DNA of 63,610 nt, counting the filler, from Octopus bimaculoides (Eukaryota), in NCBI RefSeq assembly GCF_001194135.2. It is 4 parts of 4 records of this genome, joined end to end, with 100 filler letters (N's around TTAATTAATTAA, not from the genome) between each part and the next. Parts side by side here need not be neighbours in the genome. Positions count along the whole stretch, not along the records: positions 1 to 18,478 come from NC_068994.1; 3 more parts are not named here. One strand, written 5' to 3'. The notes beneath the pieces are model-generated. The model saw nothing but the letters and a program-made list of their open reading frames with translations, had not been told where the DNA came from and searched no databases. The translations under genes and the position numbers were made by a program. Shown in pieces: positions 1 to 12,718 of the stretch. Within the stretch, counting starts at the first letter, position 1; each line of letters opens with the position of its first letter.

Positions 1-32
<32 letters not shown>

Positions 33-544
33 TATATATATATATACTTATATAAATGTAGATGTATGCAAGTCTATATGTGTGTATATCTAAGACTTGA
101 TTCTCTACGAGGTTTTTGTACTAAAAATAATTAAGAAATCTAAACATCCTGCTGAGAGTCATTATCTCTTAGACATTCCATTGTATGTGTGTCTGTGTAT
201 GTCTTTGTGTCTCTGTGCGTATGTATAAGTGCGCGCGCGCGTATGTTGATGTATTTTTATTTTCTTTCTTTCTTTGAGAGACGCAGACGCACTAATGGCG
301 TAGTGTTTCCACCATCAACGCCACTATCTTTCCTCCGTACCTGAACCACCATCATCATCTCCAGCTCTACCTCCACCACCATCACCTTTTTCTCAACCGC
401 CGCTAATACTACTGCAGCTACTTATAAGATTAATGCAGCTAGCGTTCATTAATCTTGACGGTTACTTTGAGTCACACCAGGTGCAAGAAACGTACCGCCG
501 GTCGTGACCATCACTACGCAACATCATATAATCTTTTCCACTTT

Positions 545-878
545 TGGCACAAGACTCGAACCTTTTTGATGAGAAGGGCCAATAGATTAGATCGACCCCA
601 GAGCGCAACTGGTACTTAATTTATTGACTTCTACAAGATGAAAGGTAAAGTCGACATCGGCGCAATTTGAACTCAGAACGAAAAGACAGACGAAATACCG
701 CTAACCATTTCACCAGACGTGCTAAAGTTTCTTAACTCTTAACTGCCCACAAGGGGCTACACACAGATGGGACAAACAGGCACAGACAAACGGATTAAGC
801 CGATTAAGTCGACCCCAGTGCGTAACTGGTACTTAATTAATTGACCCCGAAAGGATGAAAGGCAAAGTCGACCTCACA
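545..878 (-). mobile_element. two adjacent partial copies of tRNA-derived SINE family A
   Basis: Contains the reverse complement of the core seen intact at 24587 and 44598 (GTTCTGAGTTCAAATTCCGCCGAGGTCGACTTTGCCTTTCATCCTTTCGGGGTCGA), here as tcgaccccagagcgcaactggtactt...gatgaaaggtaaagtcgacatcggcgcaatttgaactcagaacg and again at about 810-878. Confidence 0.75.
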
Positions 879-2577
879 CGGAATTTCAGTGTACAACTAC
901 AAAATACCTTCGCAACACTTTGGTCGGCCTGGGGCTATAGTAGAGAACACCTTCCCAAGGTGCCACGCAGGAGTATTGAGCTGGAACTCAATGGTTAGAA
1001 ATCAAACTTTTTAAACTGAAATTGTTTTAACTTTTTAAACCAAATCAGAGCAAGTCAACATTTCGTGTTAGGATCCCTCATTCAAGGAATCTACAGCGAA
1101 ATACCATTCTGAGCTCACAGCACCATTTACTCCGAAGATTATTCCTTATTACTTGCATTATTTTGGTTTTTGAAAAAAAAAATTTAGAACATTAATTTAT
1201 ATCAGACAATGCTTCATGCAAACTATGTACATTCTTGTTGTTTGACTCCATATTAGATCGGATTAAGCAACCCAGCCTTGGTCGTTTACATTTTTTTGTA
1301 TATAAACAACTTCATTGTTCCTTCTTTTAAACGATAGGTTATGATTTGAAACAATGTAGCACCGGGATCGATTCAATCGACTGACGCCCACCTCCGAAAT
1401 TCCTGTCCTTGTGCCAAATTTTGAAACCAATATTTCTGTTACGTAAATCGTAAAATAAGGTATTACAATGAACATGAAAGTAAGAGGACAGTAAAAAGTA
1501 TGACCTTTGATAGAGTCGGTCAAATGGCCCCTTAGTAGTCTGTAGCATTTCCTTATGGACGTTGGCCTTTTGCCTAGATTTGAAATTATTCTTTTCCGAT
1601 GAATGGAACAAACTCGGTGTGTGATTGAGTGTGTCTACGGTTGTCTGACTTTTAATACTCACTGGTTGACCAACTAAAAATTGATCGATGGTCCATAGGG
1701 GGTAATTGATACACGATAATATTGAGATTTACTTACAGAATTCGATCATCTTTCAAAGAAACCCCAATCAGTGATTCTGAATATATTTTCCTACCACCCG
1801 GTTTGCAGAACAATATCTTATTCCCTAGGGGTACTACTCTATAAAATTATGGAAATAATTATAGTAAAAGTGATGTATGCAATACTTTAGAATGTAATAA
1901 CAAAAATTGTTTCACACGAATAAGAATTATTTTGGGTAACAGTTTATTTAAGCACAAGACAAAGTTTTTTTTAGACTTATTACTTTTAATCAATTGCCTA
2001 TTCTACAAAGTATGAAAGGAACAGACTTTGAAAAAAGACATTTCCAGCACTCAGTAATGCACAAGTTTAAAAAACACTAAAAACAGACAAATGTATTGTA
2101 ATGCTGGGTCTCACATGGAGAATGAAGGCGACATTGAACGTGCATATATGACAAGACTGTGCCCTGTCAATTAGAGGTAAAATCCATTTGATAGGGTCCT
2201 ATATAATTTTCTTCCACACATTTTCACGCATGAAGTATGGATAATTGTAGAAAGTGTCATTTTCTCAAGCTACAACGCATTGCGATCGAACTCGGAACCT
2301 TGTATTTGCGAGAAGTTCTTAAATTCGACCACACTTCACCTACACACGCAGACACACACATGTACACTCCTTACAAAAACATCTCCTTATATGTATAATC
2401 ATGCAAACTCACAAACGCACGGACCTACGAAACATTTAACAAGCACAAGCATAAGTTATATAAGATCTTTGCAATATGTGTTATTATTAACTCATACTCT
2501 ACTGAGTATTAACTACAATCAATAATTTTATAGTCCCAGAAAAAAAATGTTTTAGTCATCATCATAATAACCATAAA

Positions 2578-2579
<2 letters not shown>

Positions 2580-2651
<72 letters not shown>
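2580..2651. repeat. (TG)n microsatellite
   Basis: Uninterrupted TG dinucleotide run; source of the spurious CVCV/HTHT ORFs. Confidence 0.95.
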
Positions 2652-2656
<5 letters not shown>

Positions 2657-3447
2657 TTTATTCTTCTTAGATTAATATTTCTATTACATATCGCTTTCGC
2701 CATGATAATTCCTCTTTTTGCCTTTGAAAATAACAGTTTGCTCGTAGAGAAACAAAATGAATATAATAAAGCATTAGAAGTAATAACGCCTCAGAAGAAA
2801 CACACCAAATGAAATAGAATAGAAAAACGAAAATAATAATAATAATAATAATAAAGTAAAGTAAAATAAAGCAAATAAAAACAAGCTACTCTGGATTATA
2901 TCAATAACTCTCACCATTGAAAATTTGTTCCGATATCTAATTTTCTTCAAATATTATTCACCCGAATATTGACTTCACTTAACGTTCGTGGAGAAATAAG
3001 GGAAAAATACTTAAATACAGCCAATGTTGCTTGTCTTCATGAAATAATTAATAACAATGGCTTGTTGTAATTTATAGTTACTACAATTTCATTGAATATA
3101 ACCGACGGCTTTATTAAACATAACGCAGGATTTTCCACTTCAAAGTAATAGATATTTATGCATGAAAATATTAGTTCCTATCTGGACCATGCGCACACTC
3201 ACACACACAAACACACAAATACTCATCATACACGCCATCAGATGCACATAAACACCCCACACTCACACACACACACACACACGCATTTGAAGACTATATT
3301 TTTATAGGAAGGCTGTGAAGAGAAGGGAATATATTTCAAAGTCAGAGCGAAACCGTGTCAAAATTTTAGCTTTCCAGAAGCTTTATACATCTTTGTATAA
3401 GTCCGTACACACTTAAGCATATACACACATACTTAAGTATATGTATA

Positions 3448-4340
3448 TTAGGTTGGAAACCAGATCCTGTCGCATTTTTGAAATGGTCATTTTGAGGGTA
3501 CTTTTTTCAATACGGTAAAATAAGCACTAATTATTTTATTCTAATTACTTTTTTATTTAATTCTAATCATTTTATACACTCGTATCGTATTTACCCTTTT
3601 AAAATGAGTTTAGATGAGATCCATGTCTGACACCGTATTTTGTACAGAATTAGAAGGGCCACTTCACACCGGTGACATAACAAGAAATATTCGTGCAGTC
3701 TATGGAAATGAAGTTTTAAGTTACCGGACATTCCAATGATGGCTTAATCAATTTCACTTGGGAAATTTTTCTGTCGCAAATTCCCCTCGATTTAGTCAAC
3801 CAAATTCTGTCAATAGAGAGCTTCTGAAAACCGTAGTTAAAGAAAGCCCAAAGTAAACTGCACGAAATTAACACAACTTTTCAATTCAAGTTATATTTCG
3901 GTCATAAAACTCCTTCTTGAACCAGGAAATGTGGGTAAACTTGGTCTGTGGGTTCCTCTTCATCTGATTGCATTTCAGCTTAATCAAAGTGAAATTGATT
4001 AAGCCATCATTGGAATGTCCGGTAACTTAAAACTTCATTTCCATAGACTGCACGAATATTTCTTGTTATGTCACCGGTGTGAAGTGGCCCTTCTAATTCT
4101 GTACAAAATACGGTGTCAGACATGGATCTCATCTAAACTCATCATTAACAAGAAGACTTGCTACCAAATTTTTCCTGAGTAGAATTATCACAAGTTATGA
4201 AAAGTAGGGGATCTGTGATCGCATCCAACGAAAACGGCAATGGTTTGCACCGAATGAAAAAGGAGGCTTCATTCAACTACATCCTCCACCGAAAACAAAA
4301 AAAAGTCATGATGCGTTTGGTGGAATATGAAGGGTGTCGT
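3448..4340 (+). mobile_element. degenerate mariner transposon, 3' truncated
   Basis: TA-flanked TIR-like start ttaggttggaaacc at 3448. Broken translation gives TRNIRAVYGNEVLSYRTFQ*WLNQFHLGNFSV, GNVGKLGLWVP (mariner WVPxxL motif), FLSRIITSYEK and VWWNMKGVV. Confidence 0.75.
3604..4142. repeat. perfect 156-bp inverted repeat (3604-3759 / 3987-4142), 227-bp spacer
   Basis: Base-by-base comparison: 3987-4142 is the exact reverse complement of 3604-3759. Confidence 0.92.
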
Positions 4341-5337
4341 CCGTCATAGAATACTGTTCTAGCAAAAAAAAAGAAAAAAATGATTTATTCTGCTCTCAAT
4401 CAACAGCAAAGACAAATGGTATATTTACAGTAATTCAGTAAATTTTATATTAAAGAAAAATTACGTAAAATTTAGAATTCTCATATTGACATAATGTCAT
4501 GAATTTTACGGGAGAAATTTGGTCGATATATTGATCCCAGTAATCAATCGTGTATTTTTTTAAGTGGGATCGATAAAATAAGTATCAATTAAGTATTGGT
4601 TTTTCGATGTAATCGATCATAGTCGTACCTTTAAATTTGACGTCTCATGTATGTATCAAAAATCAATACAACTGTACAGAATGGAGGACAAAATACCTGG
4701 TGGTATTAGAATCACATACCTTTATCATGTGCGTGACTTTTGAGTGCATACCATGGCTGATAATGGATTTCTGAATCCCCAAATTTTCTCTCTGTGACGT
4801 AGGCTTACGCAAGGCGTTTGTGGGAGACTACATATCGTTTAAGCTTGAAAATCCTTGCATACATTTTTGCCTCCAATGAGGTCCCAAGCAAGACCAATAC
4901 ACTCTGGTACTAGTGGCATAGCAAGATTTGCTGTCAGAATGAAAGATTTACAGTCACGGCATCCTGTTGGAAACTCTAACAGTTCCATCAATCTCTGCTC
5001 GAAATTGGTATCTTCTTCATCAACCCCGAAACGATAAAAGGATAAGTAGACTTAAGTGGAATTGGAACTAATAGCGCGGAGAATGGAATAAATACCGGAA
5101 GGCATTCTGTACGACGCTGCTACCAATTTGTTACTTTTGTGTCTGTGCTAGAATTAATTATAAATACGGGGAAAACAGCTGTAAGGATACAATCAACAGT
5201 AATTTGATGCTTGAGATGTTGTGCACAGTATGCACCAGTTCGGTAGATCACGAGTTCGAGTTGGTTTAGTCACGATTAGCATTTTGTGCAGACAAAGGAA
5301 ATAAAAAAAAGAGAGACAGAAAGAGAGAAAGAGAGAC

Positions 5338-5400
<63 letters not shown>

Positions 5401-5754
5401 NNNNNNNNNNNNNNNNNNNNNNNNNNNNNNNNNNNNNNNNNNNNNNNNNNNNNNNNNNNNNNNNNNNNNNNNNNNNNNNNNNNNNNNNNNNNNNNNNNNN
5501 NNNNNNNNNNNNNNNNNNNNNNNNNNNNNNNNNNNNNNNNNNNNNNNNNNNNNNNNNNNNNNNNNNNNNNNNNNNNNNNNNNNNNNNNNNNNNNNNNNNN
5601 NNNNNNNNNNNNNNNNNNNNNNNNNNNNNNNNNNNNNNNNNNNNNNNNNNNNNNNNNNNNNNNNNNNNNNNNNNNNNNNNNNNNNNNNNNNNNNNNNNNN
5701 NNNNNNNNNNNNNNNNNNCTCTCTCTCTCTCATATATAAACACACATATATGCA

Positions 5755-5791
<37 letters not shown>

Positions 5792-6199
5792 CATATACAT
5801 GTGTGTATGCATATATATATATATATACATACATTTCCTGTTCTCCGTTTTATGTATGCACATTCTATGCACTTACAATAATGCACATATTATCACACAC
5901 ACATATACAACCAACCAGTGTGTAGATTAAATACTGCGGCTGTAACTACAATACCACCACCAACAACAACAACAACTACTACTACTACTACTACTACTAC
6001 AAGCATCAACCGGAATGTATTAGTTTGACGCTCAGTAACGTAAAAGAGCTTTCGACGTTTCGAGCATAAGACTTCGTCGAAACGTAAAAAGATAAAAGAA
6101 GAAAAAAACGTCTGCAACACCATGTGAGTAGCTGCATTTATATACATAGTGAGGGATTATCAATCCTGGCAAACTACTTTAAAACTCTTTATTAGTACT

Positions 6200-6330
6200 T
6201 AATTTATCGACCCCGAAGGGATGAAAGGCAAAGTCGACCTCGGCGGAATTTTAACTCAAAACATAGCGGCAGACGAAATACCGCTAAGCATTCCGTCCGA
6301 CATGCTACCGTTTCTGCCAGTACGCCGCCT
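6200..6330 (-). mobile_element. SINE family A copy
   Basis: tcgaccccgaagggatgaaaggcaaagtcgacctcggcggaattttaactcaaaacatagcggcagacgaaataccgctaagcatt is the reverse complement of the family A head and core. Confidence 0.8.
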
Positions 6331-6794
6331 TTCAAACTGTAATATTTCGTCTCAGAAAGGAGACATTTCGTCTCGTAAGGAGACATATTAAAAATGGAAA
6401 AAGCAAGACTCCACTCCAGCGTGCGGCTGATCACTAAATGCAGAGTTTTCGCCTAATCGTTTATTCCTAAGTCACCTTAGAGTTAGCAAACTTATATAAA
6501 CTAAGAACGGTTCATTCATTATTCTCTCATATAATTCTCAGAAATAGGGCCTCTAGAACTACATTATTGAATACACCTTTTTCTCTACGACCGTTACTAG
6601 GGATGAGGTCTGAGAGAAGTTGTTTTTTTTTACTATTTCTGGCATATTAAGCGATCGACTTCCTGCTGTTCGTTCATCGTTACCGTTTCATTATCAGATA
6701 TCTTCTTCATTGTTCTGTTCAATGCCTGTTTTTTGTGTGTGTGTGTGTGTGGTGCATGAGTTCAAAAATAAAGGACAATCTCAGGCGAAAATGC

Positions 6795-6963
6795 AAGGAT
6801 GGTCATGGGGTTAAAGGGTTTGCTTCCCAACTACATGGGTCCGGGTTCAGTCCCGTAGCGTATCGTATCGTCTTGAGCAAATGTCTTCTAGCATAATCTC
6901 TGATCAACCGATGTCATCTGAGTGAATCCGGTCGGCAGAAACTATGTGGAATCCTGTCTTACA

Positions 6964-7001
<38 letters not shown>

Positions 7002-7011
7002 NNNNNNNNNN

Positions 7012-7053
<42 letters not shown>

Positions 7054-7510
7054 CGCATACATACACACATACACTGATGTATGTATGTATGAAGTTAGAT
7101 CAATAAGTATCCGGACTATTGCCATAGTAGTGAAGCTGAAGTACGGAGAGTAAAGCCACTTAGCAGAGATTCACCTTGAACTCTTCTGTACATGCACACT
7201 AAATTTTAACGTTCTAGCTCACTTCCGCTGTTTACAGCAGTGCTCGGAAGGAAGGTGTGTGGCCTGTGATCTATATTTTTGTTTGTATTTATCTGTGCGT
7301 CATTGTGGTTTTTTCCCTGCCACTTGATATCCAGTGTTGGTTTGTTTACGTCCCATTAACTTTACCATTCGAGAAAACAGTCGATAGAATAACTGTCAGA
7401 CTTTAAATAAACACTGGGCGTTAATATGTTCACTGCTTTGTTCTTCGAACCTTATAAGATAGTGCTCCAGCATGGTCGAAGTCCACTGAGGGGAAACAAA
7501 TAATAGAATT
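6795..7510 (+). mobile_element. diverged SINE family B copy with internal (CA)n and an insertion
   Basis: Head gtttgcttcccaactacatgggtccgggttcagtccc and tail gtgttggtttgtttacgtccc...gtgctccagcatggtc match 60256-60587 and the reverse of 36771-37306. Confidence 0.55.
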
Positions 7511-7794
7511 ATAGAATAATCCACTCAGATATATCAGGAATGATAACAATAAGAGGCGAGACAAAAATAGAGTAATATTCTACATCGAAATACGAACATT
7601 TATACTTAATATTTATTTACTTATCTTTTGTATGTGCGTTGTTTTTTTTTGTTTTGTTTTTTTGTGTGTGTGTGTATTTTGTCTGAGCTGTGTGTGGTGT
7701 TTCTTTTACATTCCATTAGTTCGTTCCTCGATGTTTTCAGCTGAACAATGGATAAAAGTCTAGCTGGAGATACAGGATATAAACAACTAGACAG

Positions 7795-7834
<40 letters not shown>

Positions 7835-8814
7835 TNNNNNNNNNNNNNNNNNNNNNNNNNNNNNNNNNNNNNNNNNNNNNNNNNNNNNNNNNNNNNNNNN
7901 NNNNNNNNNNNNNNNNNNNNNNNNNNNNNNNTATATATATATTTCTTGTCCAGCTGTTGTTTGAAAAACACGTTCATCTCGAACATGTTGAGGTCACTGC
8001 AAGTTCACAGGCAATGGTGATAATCAATACAGAATCGAAGTATTCGGTCTGATGTAGCTAGCGAGTCGACGAGCTCTTGATGTTGCAGACGGCATCTTAA
8101 CAACACGATTCTTTGATTTCTCGCTTGCATATCTGCAGGAATTCCTCACTTCACACACGCATAGACACACACGGTCACACGCATACACTCACATCCACAC
8201 ACACACTCATACATCACAAACACACACATATTCGTACACGAGTCAAAACAGATTTCTCATGCCAATATTTGATCGGTAAGAACATATGCTTTTTAACGTA
8301 AAGTTAGGTGCTATATCAATGAATTATGTTGTACCGCCTTCTATCTTCAGGCTATTTCTTTAGAATGATTGAAAATAACGCGTCTGCGAGTAAAATAGCC
8401 GTCTTTTAAACTTCTCCTACTTGATAGTTTAACAGAGTAGAGATATTACTTGTATTTCTCTGTGTGTAACTGATTAAAAGAAAGAAAGGAAGAATGGTAG
8501 AATTCACAGGTAGCTTGGGTTTATTTACAGAAAACGCGTACAGCTGTTTCTAAACTAACGTTGCCAGTTACAATTAGTATTGCTTAACCCAGCGTATTCT
8601 CTTTCACAGAATATTTTCTTTATATTCAACGAAAATCTAATAAAATTCCAAATATTTCTCTCGATGATGACTTCTTCGGACACACAAAAATATCGTGTGA
8701 ACAGCCTCGGTTGAACCAATATCTTTTATTCTTATTGGAAAGTTCATTGAAGAAGATCTATCATAAAGTAATGTGTGCGAAAGACACGCAGAAATCGCTC
8801 GCATGTGTGTATAA

Positions 8815-8851
<37 letters not shown>

Positions 8852-9187
8852 CGTGCGCGTGTGAATATAGCTGATTTGGCTTCTCTGTTTTCTATACAAA
8901 ATGAATGGGAATATTTTTAATGTTTCCAATGTGAATCGAGATATAAATTTATTCGTTAGATCAGAATACACAAAAAGTGGCATGAATATACTGAAAACGA
9001 TCGTAATATGTGTGGACATACATGTCATGTTTGTGGAAATCAAATCCCCTAAAATTTGTTTGTCGCTTAATTCATTTACAAAATATCCTTCTTTCTAATA
9101 ACATCGAATAGAAACACCTTATGATAGCATGAAATTGTAACATTATCAGTCACTTCACATAGTCATGATTAGCCCAACCAGTCGACC

Positions 9188-9231
<44 letters not shown>

Positions 9232-9262
9232 NNNNNNNNNNATATATATACATATACATAAA

Positions 9263-9300
<38 letters not shown>

Positions 9301-9373
9301 TGTGTGTGTTGTGAGAGGGAGTGAGTGTGTGTGTGTACGTGTACGTATGTGTATATCTATGTATATATGTTTG

Positions 9374-9417
<44 letters not shown>

Positions 9418-9439
9418 TATATAAGTGTGAGAGTTTGAG

Positions 9440-9990
9440 AGTGTGGGAGTTAAGATGTAGGGAAAATTCTAAAAGATCGCCGTTTGACAGGTTCATATTT
9501 CTGATCTTGAGGCTCAATTGACTAAAGGTAGCGATGAGTTTTTCCTCAATTATCAAGTGTGACCATCATACCCATGAGAAATTCCCAAACCATCGTCTCG
9601 ATTTAGGCCACCAGTGTGGGATAGGACCTTAGATCTCAATGTATTTAATATAGAGAGGCGTAGAAGATTATGGACGTAAATAGCACTGCCATATGATCCC
9701 ATCGTTACATTAAACGATTTATCTTTACCGGATTTTTTAATCCACGCTGAGCCCTTATGAAATAGAAGTGGCTTTCTCACATGCATTATAAATTCTTGGT
9801 CCATATCTCTATATAAATATATGTTTTAGCAAACTGCATCGCATTATCAAGCAGTGATCTCTACAGAAAGGAATAAAAATCTATATGGAAATGTGTAAAT
9901 CTATGCGTATTCTTTAATCTATTCCAATATTGTTATTATTCTACTTTTATAGCACAGTGTTTTCTCTGATTTCGATATTAATATTTCTTA
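9440..9990 (-). mobile_element. Penelope-like element reverse transcriptase remnant
   Basis: Minus-strand translation SLLDNAMQFAK...IMHVRKPLLFHKGSAWIKKSGKDKSFNVTMGSYG...GLNRDDGLG matches the PLE RT pattern (F.VTMGS.DG; YRDDGL). Weaker similarity continues to about 8530, where a decayed hammerhead lies. Confidence 0.65.
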
Positions 9991-11101
9991 GAATATTATT
10001 TGACTTCTAAACCAATTTCTGTCTACTGGAATTAACGATATCCTATATTTCCTTCTCCTCCATTCCTCTCCACGCCAAAAATTGCTGGTTGTGTGCCAAT
10101 ATGCGAAACCCTTACAAATGATGCTACTCTGTTCCAGGTAGGCCCAAGATCAATTAGTCCTCTGTGGATTCCAATCTTGATTACGCGTTAAGATTATGCA
10201 GTTCTTCGGAAGACATCGCGCAATTGGTACACTCATCGTCGAAATCGATGAAGAACCATTAACGAATGAGGAACTTAATAGACAATGGCTAAATATTTTA
10301 GTTGTGATTATGTAAAACATGCTTTTTCAATCACTAGATTGTCATCTCAGCTTAATTAGTGTAGTAAATTGTTGAATGAAGGGAAGCCTGTGACATAAAT
10401 GCCGACATTTACACACACACACACATACATTTACGTAATACGGCTTCACTTCCATTAGTTTGGTCTAACAAAGAAATGGAATTGTCTGCGTCGGTTTTAT
10501 AGCATTCGATGATATAACTAAAGCTTCTATGTCTCCTCTAATATGGATGAATCATCCAAAAGTTGTGCGTTGGTGTTAGGAAAGCAATGGATTTCTTGCG
10601 ATTTCAGGTTTAAAACTGCATTCAGTTGTAACAATAGACAGAAATGTTGAAACTAGTTAAAGGAACCAACCAACGTGGGTGTCTGGTTTCTTTTAAATGG
10701 TTGATTGCTCTGCTAGAAATAGAAAGCAACAGACGAACAATGCAGTTACTACGATTTGGGGAGGGAAACCGCCTTTCGTTGTTACCAGTAGACAGAGGTA
10801 TGATGCAAATGTATACAAGATGGTCGCTTAATGTTTAAAAATAGGGGAGGGTCAAGAAGGAGGTGATGGGAGAGGGAAGGTAGGAGAAGAAGTAGTATGA
10901 GGAAGCGAAGAATGCGGTGGGGCAGAAGTAGTAGTAACTATGAAAGCGGTAAGAATAGCAATAGAAGAGGATGAAGGGGATGAAGAGGAGGAGCAGCAAG
11001 AAGAAAAGGAAGAAAGAATTTTGGGGAGAGGAGGAGACGAAGATGGTGAAAAGGAGACAGATGTAGTAGTGGGAGGTAGTAGCAGCGGTAATGGTGGCAG
11101 C

Positions 11102-11192
<91 letters not shown>

Positions 11193-11896
11193 AGTAGTAG
11201 TAGCAGTAGTAGTATGTAAGAAAACAAGGATATATATTTCTGTGTTTCTGCGCTTTTTACAAATGATTGTGTGTGTGTGTGTATGTGTGTGCATATGTGT
11301 GTCTGTGTGCGTGTGTATGTGTGTGTAGGCGCGCGCGTATGTCTGCGTGTTTGTGTGTGTGTATGTGCGAGCCTCTGTGTGTGTGTGTGTGTGAGCGTGT
11401 GCGCGCGCTTCAGAATAAGTATAATCTGTTCAGTCCCGCCAGTTTTGGACATAGATTACAAATTATGTAATTAACGATACCAAAGTTTACGGTTTCCTGC
11501 ATCCTAGACGCTATTGCCCACTTTACTATTAACTTTCTATGCAGCACCCGTCCCTGGGTACTTCTTACATCCAGTAATTCTCTGATAACGATTACATGCT
11601 CTACATGGAACTGTAAGCATCAACGTCCGATGTTATGACGTCATTGCCAACGGTTGCGAAGGATTAACGTAGAAGTTTTACAAAAGTGTTGAAAGAGATT
11701 GAATAACATTTCTTACTAATGACCAACATCACATTGTATTTCTATTTTAGTCAACTGGAAAACTATTTTTAAAAATCCAAAAGTGATTTTGCTTTTAATC
11801 CGATTAGAAATTAATCTCAAGTTAGATTGTTACATCAATGAATCCGAAAAAAAAAAAAAATACAGAGCGAAATACTTTTTTGATTTTTTATATTTT

Positions 11897-12201
11897 ACCT
11901 CTTACTGGTTTCAATCATTAGACAGCGGCCATGCTCCGGCACCACCTTGAAGAATTTTTAGGGGAATAAATTGATCACAGTATTTATTTATTTTCAAAGC
12001 CTGGTACTTATTCTATTGGCCTCTTTTTCCGAAACAGTAAGTTATGGGGACGAAGACCCCTCCAACACCGGTTGTCAAGAGGTGGTGAGGGTCAAACGCA
12101 GACACAAAGACGCACAAATACACGCACAAGATATATANNNNNNNNNNNNNNNNNNNNNNNNNNNNNNNNNNNNNNNNNNNNNNNNNNNNNNNNNNNNNNN
12201 N

Positions 12202-12232
<31 letters not shown>

Positions 12233-12292
12233 CGGCTTCTCTCTGTCTCCGTCTGCCAAATTCACTCAAAAGGCTTTGGTCGACCGGAGGCA
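11897..12292 (-). mobile_element. SINE family B copy
   Basis: gcggccatgctccggcaccacc...ggtacttattctattggcctctttttccgaaac...tccgtctgccaaattcactcaaaaggctttggtcg; same blocks as 36771-37306. Confidence 0.75.
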
Positions 12293-12661
12293 TATATTTA
12301 TTCAGCTTGGAGGCTATTTGTAATGCCACTAAATGTTCATTCAGTATGTTGCTATTTCGTCGGTGGTGACAAATTTCGTCTGCGCATATGGTCGTCTGTG
12401 TGTATGGTCGTCTGCGCATATGGTCGTCTGTGTGTATATACTACTGGTAACGCACAACACGGTGGAAATGCGCAAACAGGATTTTTAGCAAACCGCTACT
12501 TGAATGATTTTCCTGTATGTATTGTGCTTCTAAATATAGAACATCCATTAGAAAGATCATCTCCAAACACATACCACAGTAAATTTGCTTTGCTTCTACA
12601 TTCAGTATGATACAAATATGTTTATTTTTAACCAATACTTAATCTGTTGCATATAACAAAC

Positions 12662-12718
<57 letters not shown>

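Noticed and set aside
2509-2812. ORFs of HT/CV/YI/SL repeats here and throughout the track (e.g. 10835-11452, 12628-13884, 42555-42917, 48418-48807)
   Set aside because: Translations of microsatellites and N gaps, not genes.
5340-5730. (GA)n and (CT)n facing each other as a possible inverted repeat
   Set aside because: Separated by a gap of about 318 N; orientation and distance cannot be trusted.
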